Shown: piece after piece, positions 25,336-38,100 of the stretch
Layout of the letters: each line of letters opens with the position of its first letter
How positions within the stretch are numbered: position 1 is the stretch's first letter
From: Phoronis australis
Lineage: Eukaryota; Animalia; Phoronida
DNA: 64,000 nt
Direction of reading: 5' to 3'
Assembly (NCBI GenBank): GCA_002633005.1
Contig: NMRA01000004.1
Location: 687,846-751,845 of the forward strand
The notes under the pieces: model-generated
The model's input: the letters and a program-made list of their open reading frames with translations, nothing else
Databases searched by the model: none
What the model was told of the DNA's origin: nothing
Translations under genes and position numbers: made by a program

Positions 25336-28300
25336 GTATCGTAATATATTTTATATCATTGAGATCAATAGTCAAGTAGAGACGTGAAATTATGCTCATC
25401 CGACAATCTCAAAAAGGAGTAACGTGAGTTTACGAGGTTCGTCTGCATCTGGCCGGAGCCCAGCACGCCAGCACGGTAGCCTTGGCTTGGTGCAAAGCTG
25501 TATTAATATACAGCTTTGCACCGATGTGGATAAAAACTGACCAAATAAAACATGACACAAAATTAGTGTCATTTAAGACTACACTCTTCCTTGAATAAAC
25601 TAAATCATTTTCCGGTAATGAAAGAAATGGCGTTCTACTGTTATTCTGCTGCTAAAATTGGGGTGGGATATCTTTTGCATGCCTGGTCTTTCAGCGCCAT
25701 GAAATTTTGCATCCCCCATTGCCCAGTTTCTTTTTCCCCAATTTTTCAATCAGCTGTTCTTCTCTTCCACGAAGTTGTGTACATGTCACAACAAATTATT
25801 GGAACTGGTTTCATTTCGTTACAAGTTTTTGTTTTTTTAATACCAGCAAAACGTATTTTAGGACAAACTTAGCGGCTGCAAAGCTGTGATCATCTCCCAA
25901 GAGATGTCACAAAAAATTAGGAAATGTAGTGCCCACGTGACGCGAGCGTACTGTTTTCAAAACCAGGACCGACTTTTCTTTGTTGCAAAAGGCGGAGAAC
26001 TTTATGCAAGAAAATGATGTTTATTAGATTGTTTTTCACTTTAAACAGCTGTAACGGGCAAGGTGAGTTTCGGTTGACTTCCAGATTTTGCATGCACCCC
26101 TGCCAGTCGTTAGCTTTATATGTTGAAATAAGTTTTATGACGAGGTGACGAGCAGACCTACCCGGGCAGTGTGAAATTTTGGAGTCTAACGAAGCTCAAC
26201 ACACAGTGGTCCGTAGCTGTATTTGGATGATAGTCTTCATACAGCTAGCTGGCTAGCTAGCCAGCAGGTAGACGGCGCTGTTGTGAGTGAATTTGGAATC
26301 CTGCTTAATCTCAAGATCACGTATGCGTTAACTTTCAATACAGCATGAAACTTGGAAACTTAAAACCTATCTTCAATGGTAACACATGTAAATTTGGTTC
26401 TTACAGTATGTTAAGAGCATCGCTCTGACCCCATCAGTGCCATAAATTGCCAACTGTAACGAACTGTTAGTCGTATTAGCTTGGTTTTGTCTACGTCACC
26501 GTGAGAATCGCCTTTTAATTCAAACAGCTGTGAATGTCGCCAGCACGCAATGGTGTTCTATTCAGACCCCTATTCAATACAACCTTTCGTTGTTTGTGCT
26601 GGGATCTCGCGGTGGCGCAACATGGCACGAAAAGGCAGCTTCACTTATCATTTGGCGGGCTTACACTTGCGTGATTGAACTTGCGTTTTCTTATTTTACT
26701 AAGGCTTTGCTAGGACTATCTGGTTAGCCTTTACATCTAAAGTAACAAAGTTCCGTTGAAGTTAGGCTTTAACTCAAATAATCACATTCACATTGATAAA
26801 AATTTGAACTGCACTTAAGCAAATTACATGTTAATAAAACAACGTAAATTTAAACCAACCTCTTCAACTATTGGGGATCGTATTCACCAAACAAAAATTA
26901 ATTGCCATTCACATATTCCTCCAATTCTGTGACACAAGTTACGGTAAAAGAGAAAATTGGTGATCGTGAGGCCAATAACTGCAAGTATTTTTTACAATGA
27001 ACAAAAACATTCGCCTGATTGCCTTAGTGAATATTCAGTTCAAAGTTCATACATACACAATCTTGAGATTAAGCAGGATTCCAAGTTGACACACAGCAGT
27101 AGAGAAGGTGATGCTCCCTTAGAGCCTTCTTACGCTGGAAGTTATTCGGCGAATTGTGCCGCACATTGATTAAACATCAAATTCACATTGGTATAAGTAC
27201 CTTTGCGCATAGAAAGACATCTTAGGAGGCAGTCGATGTCTTTATTTCTCTCCAACTCAAACAAATACTCCCGTAATCTTTTTGAGCAGTCCTTTGTTCA
27301 GTTGCCTAAGTCAGCAACTGGCCATTTTTACAAGTTGCATGCACCAGGGGAGGCACGTCATATAGCTTAGCACATGCTAATATTCCAAATTACGATTCAC
27401 CCTGATTAAAGTTATGTGGATAGAAGTACCATTCAAGACATCTCAGGAAGTCGTCGATATCTATCAATCCTTCTAACATTCCACTTCACGTGTCAACAAA
27501 ATTGTGAACTGGCCATTTTGGTTGTGATAGCATCACTGTGCATGCCCATCTCATGTAACTGTTTTAATCACACAGATGTTGGGAGTGAGCTGTTATCCCC
27601 AGTGCACTTCACGTGTACTGGTAATTTGTCAGGATTTGTCTGTGGTTGAAACTTGGCTACCATGGTTGCTGCTCTTGTACCGGGCAAACTGACATGTTGA
27701 CAAATGAAGAGAAGCGTCAAAACAATTCTTAATTACGCAAGTATTTGTTCTAGTTGAAAGGATATGAAAATATCGACGGCCTCCGAGGGTGTCCTTTTAG
27801 CAACGTGGCTTTGATATCTTAGCCAGTGTGAGGCATTATTTGCCAAAAAGCCTCTGGCGCAGAGAGGGGTTTGGGATGGCCACTGTCTGTGAGCACTGCT
27901 AATCAGAAACAGTGGCACTGTCTACTTGGGGTAACAGATGGTGATTGCCGGAGCTGGTAATAACTTTTGGACAAAAAAGTGCTGAAATTAAGAAAGCCAA
28001 CAAGTTCAGATTTACTGTCATTGAACTTTGACCTTTTTGGTTTTCTTTGATCCTTTTCTCTTGCAATTAAGTTAAATTCAATCCTATTCCGTGTGCAATA
28101 TACTTGGCCAGATGTTAAACATAACCATGTTTATGTATTGCCAAGACCACAACCTGTTTTTCGTCAGGTGACGTATAATTGGCCTATTTACTAGTAGGAC
28201 AAGTCACTGAAAGGGGGATAATTTCAGTTTTGGTTATTTATTTGTATGAAATCTATTAATAGGTAATTGCTTCCGTAGGTGTTCTTAAACAGACTTTATT

Positions 28301-29130
28301 TATCAATCAAAAAGTAAATCGGTTGGGCATTTCCATTACAGGGTCACTGCCTGTATGCCTTGGGCATGAACAGATGATGTATTGGCTGCCACAAAGTCTC
28401 AAGTGTAACCTGATACCAGGGTAGGTAATATGCCATGTTACAAATGCAGTGTCGACACCTAGCGGCTGTCTGTCAACAACAAGTTGTGCCATCCAAACAG
28501 GTGATATGATACCTAGGAGACCAACGGCAGTGCGTTATCATGTAATCCATAGTGGTATATGCTACTACCATATGAACACTTTTTGAACATACCTCTCATA
28601 CACTATGTAACAAAGGCTCTTCCACTGCCCTCTACCTGCCATGAATGAAATATGTCAGTGTCATTCTAGGATCTCAATCTCGCAACTGTGAGATGTGCAC
28701 TGCTTGTCGATCACTAACTGTCCTGTGATTGGCTGTTGCCTTTATCTTCAGTTGAGGTCTTATTGGAGACTACTTACATGTGCAACAAATCAGTTTTTGG
28801 AATTGCTGCTTTTATATACATGTCTCTTCGTTGAACACCACACTTCTTCAAATACAAATGCCTCGGTGTTTTGGCATGTAGATTTTTAATTTCTTAAACA
28901 CTCGGCAAAGATTACTATTTTAAATGATCTTTTTCAGAATTTTAGTCACTGAGTTGACATGGAGTAAAGTGTTCAAGTGGGGCCAGTCGGCCATCACTCG
29001 GGCAGTTAAGCTCATAAAGGACTAAGATGGCAATGCAAGATACCATGTGACAGCCTTGTGCGGGATGTGACTTGAGGATCTGGCTAAGTGAGAAGCCAGG
29101 AGTTTTACCAGTGTCTAGCAGTGACATAGT

Positions 29131-32100
29131 ATGGCTTTGAATGGGCATTATGGAGGCAAGCATCGTGGAGGGTCTGTGCTTGTTTGGCTGCAGCGCGTCC
29201 GAATGTCACGACTTGTGCTCGCCGTCTGCTTCACTCTTGTAGTGGTGCCTCTAGTTACTCACTATTGGCTGTCAAATTTCATTCTCGACGGCAACAGGGC
29301 GGGGAATAAGGGCCGGTCCAAGCTGGACCATTCGAGCAAATATTTTGAAGTGAAAACTGGGGATTTGAAGTTCCGCATCGAAGAACTTAACCGGATCCGT
29401 CTCTCAGTCACGACTGAGCTTCGGGATCTGGAGAACAAACGACTGAGGCTGCAGGCTGAGATAAGAGGTTACAACAATGAAATCGCAAAGCTTAAAGATG
29501 ACCATGCGAAGCATTTTCAGGGACTAGACAAGCTGAAGCTGGCAGTTGAGCAAGTCAAGCTGGAAAAGGAAGAGATTGCTGCCAGGAATACACCGGAGTT
29601 ACAAGCCCCGATGAGGGTGCTGCCACCACTGGCTGCTAGCGAAGATGTGGAATCTCCCAAAATGCCGCACTTGTGTGAGATGTCTACTTGTTTGGATTTC
29701 TCTCGCTGTTCATTGTTATCGGGATTTCCTGTGTACGTGTACGATCCATCAAAATACCGATTTTCTGATCGTGAACTTCATTCTTTCATCTTGTCCGCAG
29801 TTGAGTCTTATATAGGGAAAAACGCGTATGTTACAAACAATCCAAATACCGCTTGTGTTTATATTGTGTTTGTGGGTGAAGTTAACCTAATGCCTGTGGA
29901 TGTCTCAAGTCTGGAGAGTAATCTGCATAACTTACCCACTTGGCGTGGAGATGGACGAAACCACGTTTTAGTAAATGTTGCCAGAACTGAAAAGTGTTCA
30001 AACATCTTTGATGGCATTAACACGGGTAGGGCTATTGTTGCCCAATCATTATTTCGAAAACAGTATTACAGATCTAAGTTTGACATTATTTTACCGCCAT
30101 CTGTTGGGAAATCTCATGGAGATGTTTGGGATGAGTTACCTCCCCTTGTGCCAGCAAAAAGACAGTATTTGTTAACTTTTCGTGGCCATGGTTCTTTTAA
30201 GAGCCAGCACACCACAGATAATATTAACAACCTGAACAGTTACGACAAGTCAATATTGGAAGTGAGTCAGTCATCGGGTAATCTTGATTCTTCTATTTTG
30301 AAGGAACTGGAAAAAATGCGAACTAGTGCCACAATGGATAAGTTCTACTTTGAAACAAAGTGTTATACGAATCTAATGAATGGAGAAGAAGGTGAGTGGG
30401 CTATGTGTGGGAGTCCTTCGTCGAGAACATATTCCCTCCAGCGGTCCACTTTTGCACTTATAATCTCCCCCGATGACAGAGACATTGTTTCGACGCCACT
30501 GCTCCAGTTGCGTTTAATAGAATACTTAAAGAACGGTGCTATCCCACTCATATTGGGTGACAAATTTCAATTGCCCTTTGAAGAGATTCTTCCTTGGAAA
30601 CGGGCTGTGCTGAGGCTGTCCAAAGCCAGGGTGACAGAATTGCATTTCTATCTCAGGACGTTTTCTGACGCAGACATTCTTGAACTGCGTCGAAATGGCA
30701 GGTTCTTGTATGAGACGTACTTTGGAACAATGAGCTCGATTCTGGATACAATGTTGGCTCTTGTAATGTTTCGGCTCCAGTTGAGTCCTCTACCAATTAT
30801 GGAGGAACCAACACCTAGCGTTTTTAACGAATCTTATGTGCCATTAAAGGTGGAGAACTTTCCTCAGGAGCCAGACACTGTGGATGAGGTCCTGGGCCCT
30901 GTTGAACCACCCTATGCATCACCACGTTTTACGAGGAACTTTAGTTTGGTCCACGAAAAGTTTCTCGTGTGTGGGGATCCTTTTCATCTGTACCCGAATA
31001 CACCTTATGTGCCTGTAGTTCCCTCAGAAGCGAAATTTGTGGGTAAGTCATGCACAGGATTTTTACTTGTACGGCTCATGAAATTATTGGTTAATCAGTG
31101 AATTTTCTAATTTTGGTGCGAGGCACTAGTGGCAAGATAATAGTTCAGACTTTTGATTTTTAATTTGCTGAACAGTGCATCAGTAAATTATTTGCAAAAG
31201 ACATATTTTGACTGTATACAACTTGTTTTTATGATACAGGATACATTCTTTTGATTGTTTTTTTTACCTTTTTGCTATTTCAATGTGTTCCTGACCATAT
31301 AAATTACTTTATAATAGAGCAGATTCACATGCTTATATTAATGTCGAGTCAAAAATCTTTAATTTTGGTTAGGGTCCAGTTACGGCTTTCGTCCAGTCGG
31401 CCATGGGGCAGGTGGGTCAGGAAAGGAGTTCAGCGAGGCTTTGGGCGGGAACAATCCTCGGGAACAGTTCACAGGTAACCACAACTGATTTAGGTTAGCA
31501 ACAGGCAGTTTTGATTAGTATTTTTTTTGTTCGGAATCTGAACAGAGGTATCGTAACATTTTTATTAAGCGATCATCTTGATAATTAATGGTTAATGTAG
31601 GACGTTATGAACTCAGCTGCGTATTTTTCCAAATGTCTACAAAGCTATAGGAATTAAAGGAGAATGCCACCTGATTTAAGTAGTCTTTTTTACCGTCTTA
31701 ATCGGTGTATATCGACATCGCCTCTTATACGGTCGATCTCACCTTGCCGAGAGGTGTCGCGTTAACCTGTGAGGAAGGTGAGAAGCGACTCAGCGATGTC
31801 AGTGGTTCGTCTGCAGAGTGCATGCCGCTATATTGCGGTGCATCAGTGCCCGCTTGTGCGAACTATGAAGCTGCGAAGAAAACGGGTATATCGTTTTTTC
31901 GACTACCTCGAGAGCCCGAAATGCTTAGGAAGTGACTCGCGGTAGCGAAGAATAAAAGGTATGCTGTTAGTAGCAAGTATGAGGACATGAAACATCTCCG
32001 TGTCTGTGGCCGGGATTTCGTCGACAGTGATTTTTCTGACAAATTCCGGCTTACCGAAGAACTATCCATACGTTCCGTTGCCTGTGCATGTTCACGGCGC

Positions 32101-35100
32101 CTCTCTAGTATTGCTTGATCAGTGTATTCCGGTTCGAACTGATAGCCTGCGAAACCGAACGATCCATCTGTGAAGTCTTCGTCGGATGAGCTCTTGACCG
32201 AGTCGGGATTGGCACCGGCAAGTTGCAATGTAGACGTTTATTATTCTGCATTCTGTTTCAAAATGAATTAATATTCCCATCCTAAAATGATCCTAACCAA
32301 TGCAGCTTATATGAAACTGAAACAAAGTCTGTCTCATTAGATACAATTTGTAATGCCTTGGAGTGCTCGTAGTGCAAATGTTTTGAGAAGCCAGCAATGA
32401 GTATACCACTGCGTTACCGGCTTTTGATACTGGCAACAAAGGTAATTGACCGGGCACCGAGGCCGTGTGAACACATGCTAATTCAGTGTTTGCTGACAGA
32501 AAGTTGTGAAACAATTACTCGATTTTATATGCTACTGTCACATGTTAGGGGAATCTTTATTTAGAAATACAAATACATTATTCAAATCATTGTTACTGTA
32601 CAGCCTTTGCCCTGATGGTCTGTGGAAGGAGAACCCGACTTTGTGGCCCCCAGACAAGTAAGTGGATTTTCAGTTTCATTACGGGCTAATTCACATAAAT
32701 AATTACGTGCACATTATTTCGTTGGCTCACTATTACAGTCTTTTCTTGACTGGAGGTTTAGTTTCCAAATCCAGCTGGTTTATGTTCGTGCCAGTTCCGG
32801 CGGCCGCGACGGGCCTGATTGGGTTCAGAGCCACTGGCCGGGATAACGAGTCAGTCCGGTCGTGACTGGCCTAATTGGGTTGCTAGCCACTGGCCGGGAT
32901 AACAAGCGTTTTGTGTGTTTAGAACTCAAAAATTCACAAGTATAAACAACACAGATCTAGGTTCTCCTGTCTGTATTTCACGGAAGAATACTTCGAATTT
33001 ATCTTCGAACAGACCCCAAACTCCTACGGACCTTGGTAAATTGACTTGCCGAACTTTGTAGGCTACGGTGTGTCCAAATACCAGTAAATCCGTAACAGCG
33101 AAATAAAACAACACGTTTTTATAAGAACTCCGTGTATTGTAAGGTTTTACATCGAAGTTTGATGATTTATTGGTGTTAAACGATGAATTCAAGCGATAAG
33201 CTGACACCACTAACCCGTATTGTGAACTGCTGAACAGACTGCGTGTGAAACCAATTACATCATTGGATAATTTCAATCCCTCCGTCTGCCGTCAGGTGTC
33301 AGGTAACGCAACCGAACCTGCCGTTATCGAGTAGAAGTACTCGATCTAAATTGATACAAAATAGATTGTTTTTTGGCTGGCATTCTCTTTTAACTTGGCA
33401 AAAGGGTATATTTTCTTAAATTGGAAAGCCTGTAGTCTTTGATTTTGAACTCAATACTAATCTGTTATTGATTGGGTCACGTGGCCATGTCTTTTAAATT
33501 GATAAAAATTTAGCGAAACACAAACTATGTACAAGTATAGCAAAATAATGGTATCAATAACATGACCGAATTTCATTTTGATCTACACATGATAAAATCT
33601 TAAAAATGCTGCTTCAGGTTTCTAAAGTATTTTATTTTTGGTTTTTGTAACATTAGTTTTTTCTTAAAAGTAATGGGTCTTATTTTTTATTGCTCCTCAC
33701 GCAATAGTGGAACATTTTGAAAACAATTCCTAGCATTGTTTTTTAGAACAATGTCTAAACATAGTATCTGAAAGCTTTGTATGAATCTGATCAGCCATTT
33801 CTTAGATATGACGTTGATCGTTCTGAATTCAGCCAAATTTGGACCTTTTCCTGGCATTCTTCACATTTTGTCAAATAGCATGGCAACATTGAATGGAAAT
33901 CCTTGAGTAAAATAGATATTCCCACACACATGGAACATGAGGAAGTGTCATCACTTTTGTAGTATTTTTATTTGCCANAATACCAGTAAATCCGTAACAG
34001 CGAAATAAAACAACACGTTTTTATAAGAACTCCGTGTATTGTAAGGTTTTACATCGAAGTTTGATGATTTATTGGTGTTAAACGATGAATTCAAGCGATA
34101 AGCTGACACCACTAACCCGTATTGTGAACTGCTGAACAGACTGCGTGTGAAACCAATTACATCATTGGATAATTTCAACCCCTCCGTCTGCCGTCAGGTG
34201 TCAGGTAACGCAACCGAACCTGCCGTTATCGAGTAGAAGTACTCGATCTAAATTGATACAAAATAGATTGTTTTTTGGCTGGCATCCTCTTTTAACTTGG
34301 CAAAAGGGTATATTTTCTTAAATTGGAAAGCCTGTAGTCTTTGATTTTGAACTCAATACTAATCTGTTATTGATTGGGTCACGTGGCCATGTCTTTTAAA
34401 TTGATTAAAATTTAGCGAAACACAAACTGTGTACAAGTATAGCAAAATAATGGTATCAATAACATGACCGAATTTCATTTTGATATACACATGATAAAAT
34501 CTTAAAAATGCTGCTTCAGATTTCTAAAGTATTTTATTTTCGGTTTTTGTAACATTAGTTTTTTCTTAAAAGTAATCGGTCTTATTTTTTATTGCTCCTC
34601 ACGCAATAGTGGAACATTTTGAAAACAATTCCTAGCATTGTTTTTTAGAACAATGTCTAAACATAGTATCTGAAAGCTTTGTATGAATCTGATCAGCCAT
34701 TTCTTAGATATGATGTTGATCGTTCTGAATTCAGCCAAATTTGGACCTTTTCCTGGCATTCTTCACATTTTGTCAAATAGCATGGCAACATTGAATGGAA
34801 ATCCTTGAGTAAAATAGATATTCCCACACACATGGAACGTGAGGAAGTGTCATCACTTTTGTAGTATTTTTATTTGCCACTGTGATATGCATGTTCCAGC
34901 CTTGAAACTGTACAATATCTTTAAATAGCCATTTTAGGACCAGGACCATATGTAACAATCTTTGCTGTGAAATTATGTGAATGTTATCAAACGCCATGTG
35001 TAGCGTCATCTCTTGCATTAGATTTGTTATAGAGTCTGTGTATTTCTTGGCCTTCGTTGGCTAAGTGCTGAACACTCATCATTTTAGTTGTCATCCTGAC

Positions 35101-38100
35101 TTATGAGAGGGAAGCTGTTCTCATCACAGCTGTTCAAAGATTGCGTGGTCTTCCCTATCTTAATAAAGTGATAGTTGTGTGGAATAGTCCAAAACCTCCG
35201 TCACCTGACATAAGATGGCCTGAGATTGGTGTTAAAGTTGTGGTAAGTTTTCCATAGTGCTCTGGGCCTCTTCTTAGATGCAGTGAATAATCTTTTGTGT
35301 CTGATGAAATAAAATTTGCCAAGTATATGTTAGATGGCCATTCAGTTCCGTTTCTTTTCTGTTTGTATATCTTAAAAGGACACGAGTCACATATTACCAA
35401 GAGTTCTTTACACAACATGCACACACTGTGCATGATCTCAAAAGTTCTGTTTTTAGTTGATATTGGATGCAATATGGCGCTGTGGCGGCCATTCTTGTGA
35501 ATTGAAATTTTAATGCTTGTAGGAAGGTACTGTTTGAATCCGGCTCAAAGATTGTGTTCCGTTTATAGGTTGTTAAAACTAAGGCTAACAGTTTGAACAA
35601 TCGTTTCTTACCTTATGATGCAATTGAAACAGAGGCCATACTGTCTATTGATGATGATGTGCATTTACGCCATGATGAGATTGTGTTTGGATTCAGGTGA
35701 GTGTCCCCTTTTACGATATTAAGTTGTTGATGGGAGCATCCACTATAAAGTTTTAGTAACATCTTTTTTCATTTCAGTCATGTACAGCAATAATTTGGTC
35801 ATTCACAAATGTTTAACTTGTGGAGATCGTTACATGCTTTAGGTGTGAATCGAGCACAAGAAGTTGTCATTGTACTCCATTTTATCTTAAGTGTAATCAT
35901 ATAAGAAGACACCTGAGCTTGACATATGAAGTTCCCGTCTGGTCAGCACTAAACAGAGCTTGGAATTTTCCTCTTTTAAGGGAATTTCCTCTTATTTGAT
36001 TTCCAGTGTCTTCTTTTTCCATCTCTTTTTATCATTGTCTTGACGTTATTTATGCAAAAATGTTTATTTCAGTTAATTTTTACAACACAAAAGATAGTTC
36101 TATCACACAAGCCTATTTGTAGAATGATACATCACCTGGATAATTTTCCTCTTTTTGTCATTGGTCATTCCATGCTCTGACTAAAGTTTGGTCTCTTGGT
36201 TTATAGATGAGAATTCAGAAAGTGCGTTTATGTACCGTATGCACTCGTGTCATCTCTGTGCTTATTTGATGTCCTGTGGTGAATAATGCCACAACACGAC
36301 AATGTGTTGCTGCAGTCACCAACGAGTCAATGTTTCCCCATTTCTTATTGACTCAAAAATTACTTGAAAACCAACTGTGTTCCTATGGCTCTTAGTTCAT
36401 TATTAGCGTGACTTGTACTGTGTATATGTCATCAAGCAACATTTGTAGAGTTTTCGTTATTTACAGCATGATGAGTAAGTCTGGAAATAGAAAATGGAAA
36501 TTTTGGAAGTTATTTTTGTACGGAATAAAAGAAGCGTTACTGTAATTTTAATTTAGGTCTCACTGCATGTTAACTAGTCCATTGTTGGCAACTTATTTTA
36601 AAGCTAAGGAGTGCAATACGGTTGATGAAATTTGAAGGTATTATCCTTTATTTTGAAAACGATTGAATTTAGGTCATGATTGCTTGTAACTGAAATTTTC
36701 TCTTTGTCAAACGAGCAGACTCTGGAAAACTGTAGTCAGTCAAGGGCATAGCAGTGAAATTTTGTTTCTAGCTGTTTTGTTTTCCTTGTTTGCTCAGGCA
36801 TACCTGTTGACTTTAAAGCTGTCTTAATACCTTAGGTTATGCAAGGGGGCTTGAGCTGTGTTTCATGTATTCTCCTCTCCTCCCTGCCTCCCTCCCTTAC
36901 CTGGTGGTTATTTAAGAAATGAAAGCTCTTAAGTACAGCCTTTCTGGTATTAGTGAAATCTGTTTAAACTGGTAATTGTACTGTGAAATGTGATTGTTCA
37001 TAGCAACATTTTGTCTTTTTCATATTAGGTTAGTTTTGATGTGGAAAATCAATTCTCCAGTTTACAAAAATAGTGTAGTTGCCTTTTGTGGCATCACATT
37101 GAAATTCACTTGCCCTTGTGTGCTGTGAAAACATGGTAAATATTCTTATCTTGTCATAGTATATTTTGTATTTGCTCAGTTCCTTTTTAGGTGATAATTT
37201 GGTATATTATAGAAATGCCATGTCTGTGCAAATGTCCCCGGATGATTGTTTTTACTTTATTACCCTTGATATTTATCCAGAGTGTGGCGGGAATCAAGAG
37301 ACAGACTTGTTGGTTTCCCTGGACGCTACCACGCCTGGGATCTCGAGCATGAAGGCTGGCTGTACAACTCCAACTACTCATGCGAGCTGTCTATGGTGTT
37401 AACCGGTGCTGCTTTTTATCACAAGGTAAGCCTAGACATGTTTGGGAAAACAACCCCAGGGTAGCGTTCCATAACACTAGGACCTCGCTGAAATGCAAGA
37501 CTTTACTGGAAAGCAGAGATTACGTGAGACATTGCCGTATATTTTAAATGAGAACGCATGATTTTGTACAGGTTTTATTGAGATCCTAGCGTAGGTCCTA
37601 GCATTAGTGAACTCTACCCAGATTGCACCTGTTATTTAAGCCTTTTTCATTTCCTGCTAAAAATAGGAGGATTTGGAAATAATCCTGCCAGCATTTTCTT
37701 GGAATCAATATAAATTTGACCTAGTAATTTTTTCACTCTGAGCATCATTTCTGCTTCGAAATCATATCATATGATATCACTTAACAGTAAATTTTTCTGT
37801 TGGATTCCTGGATACATGAAATAAATTTATCATTCTTATTGCTGCTATTACATTCAAAGGGATACTTTCCACTTTCTAGGCTGTGAAACTGTTTATGTTT
37901 GAGTTAGAAAACCAGGTAATCCTTGCTTTGTCTCCTAACAGGGAACACTCGACAATGATCAAGCTTTAAAGTGGTATTAAACCAACTGTTTTCTGTTAAA
38001 AACAAGATATGATCTAGGTCAATTACCATTATGAAATTAGTCTCAAATTGTTCCTTAGTAAAATTAGAGATGATTTCAGGCTTTGGAAGAAGTGACAGTT

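Larger units (their letters stand above)
31658..33389 (+). mobile_element. Non-autonomous, internally deleted Kolobok-type DNA transposon in EXTL3 coding intron 2
   Basis: TTAA on both sides (31654-31657, 33390-33393). TIRs AGGAGAATGCCA / TGGCATTCTCTT (11/12). Plus-strand THAP remnant and a convergent minus-strand YQFEPEY frame. Confidence 0.75.

Noticed and set aside
33077-34879. Apparent tandem duplication giving the Kolobok element two right ends
   Set aside because: Junction is a single N and copies differ only by a few SNPs, consistent with uncollapsed alleles
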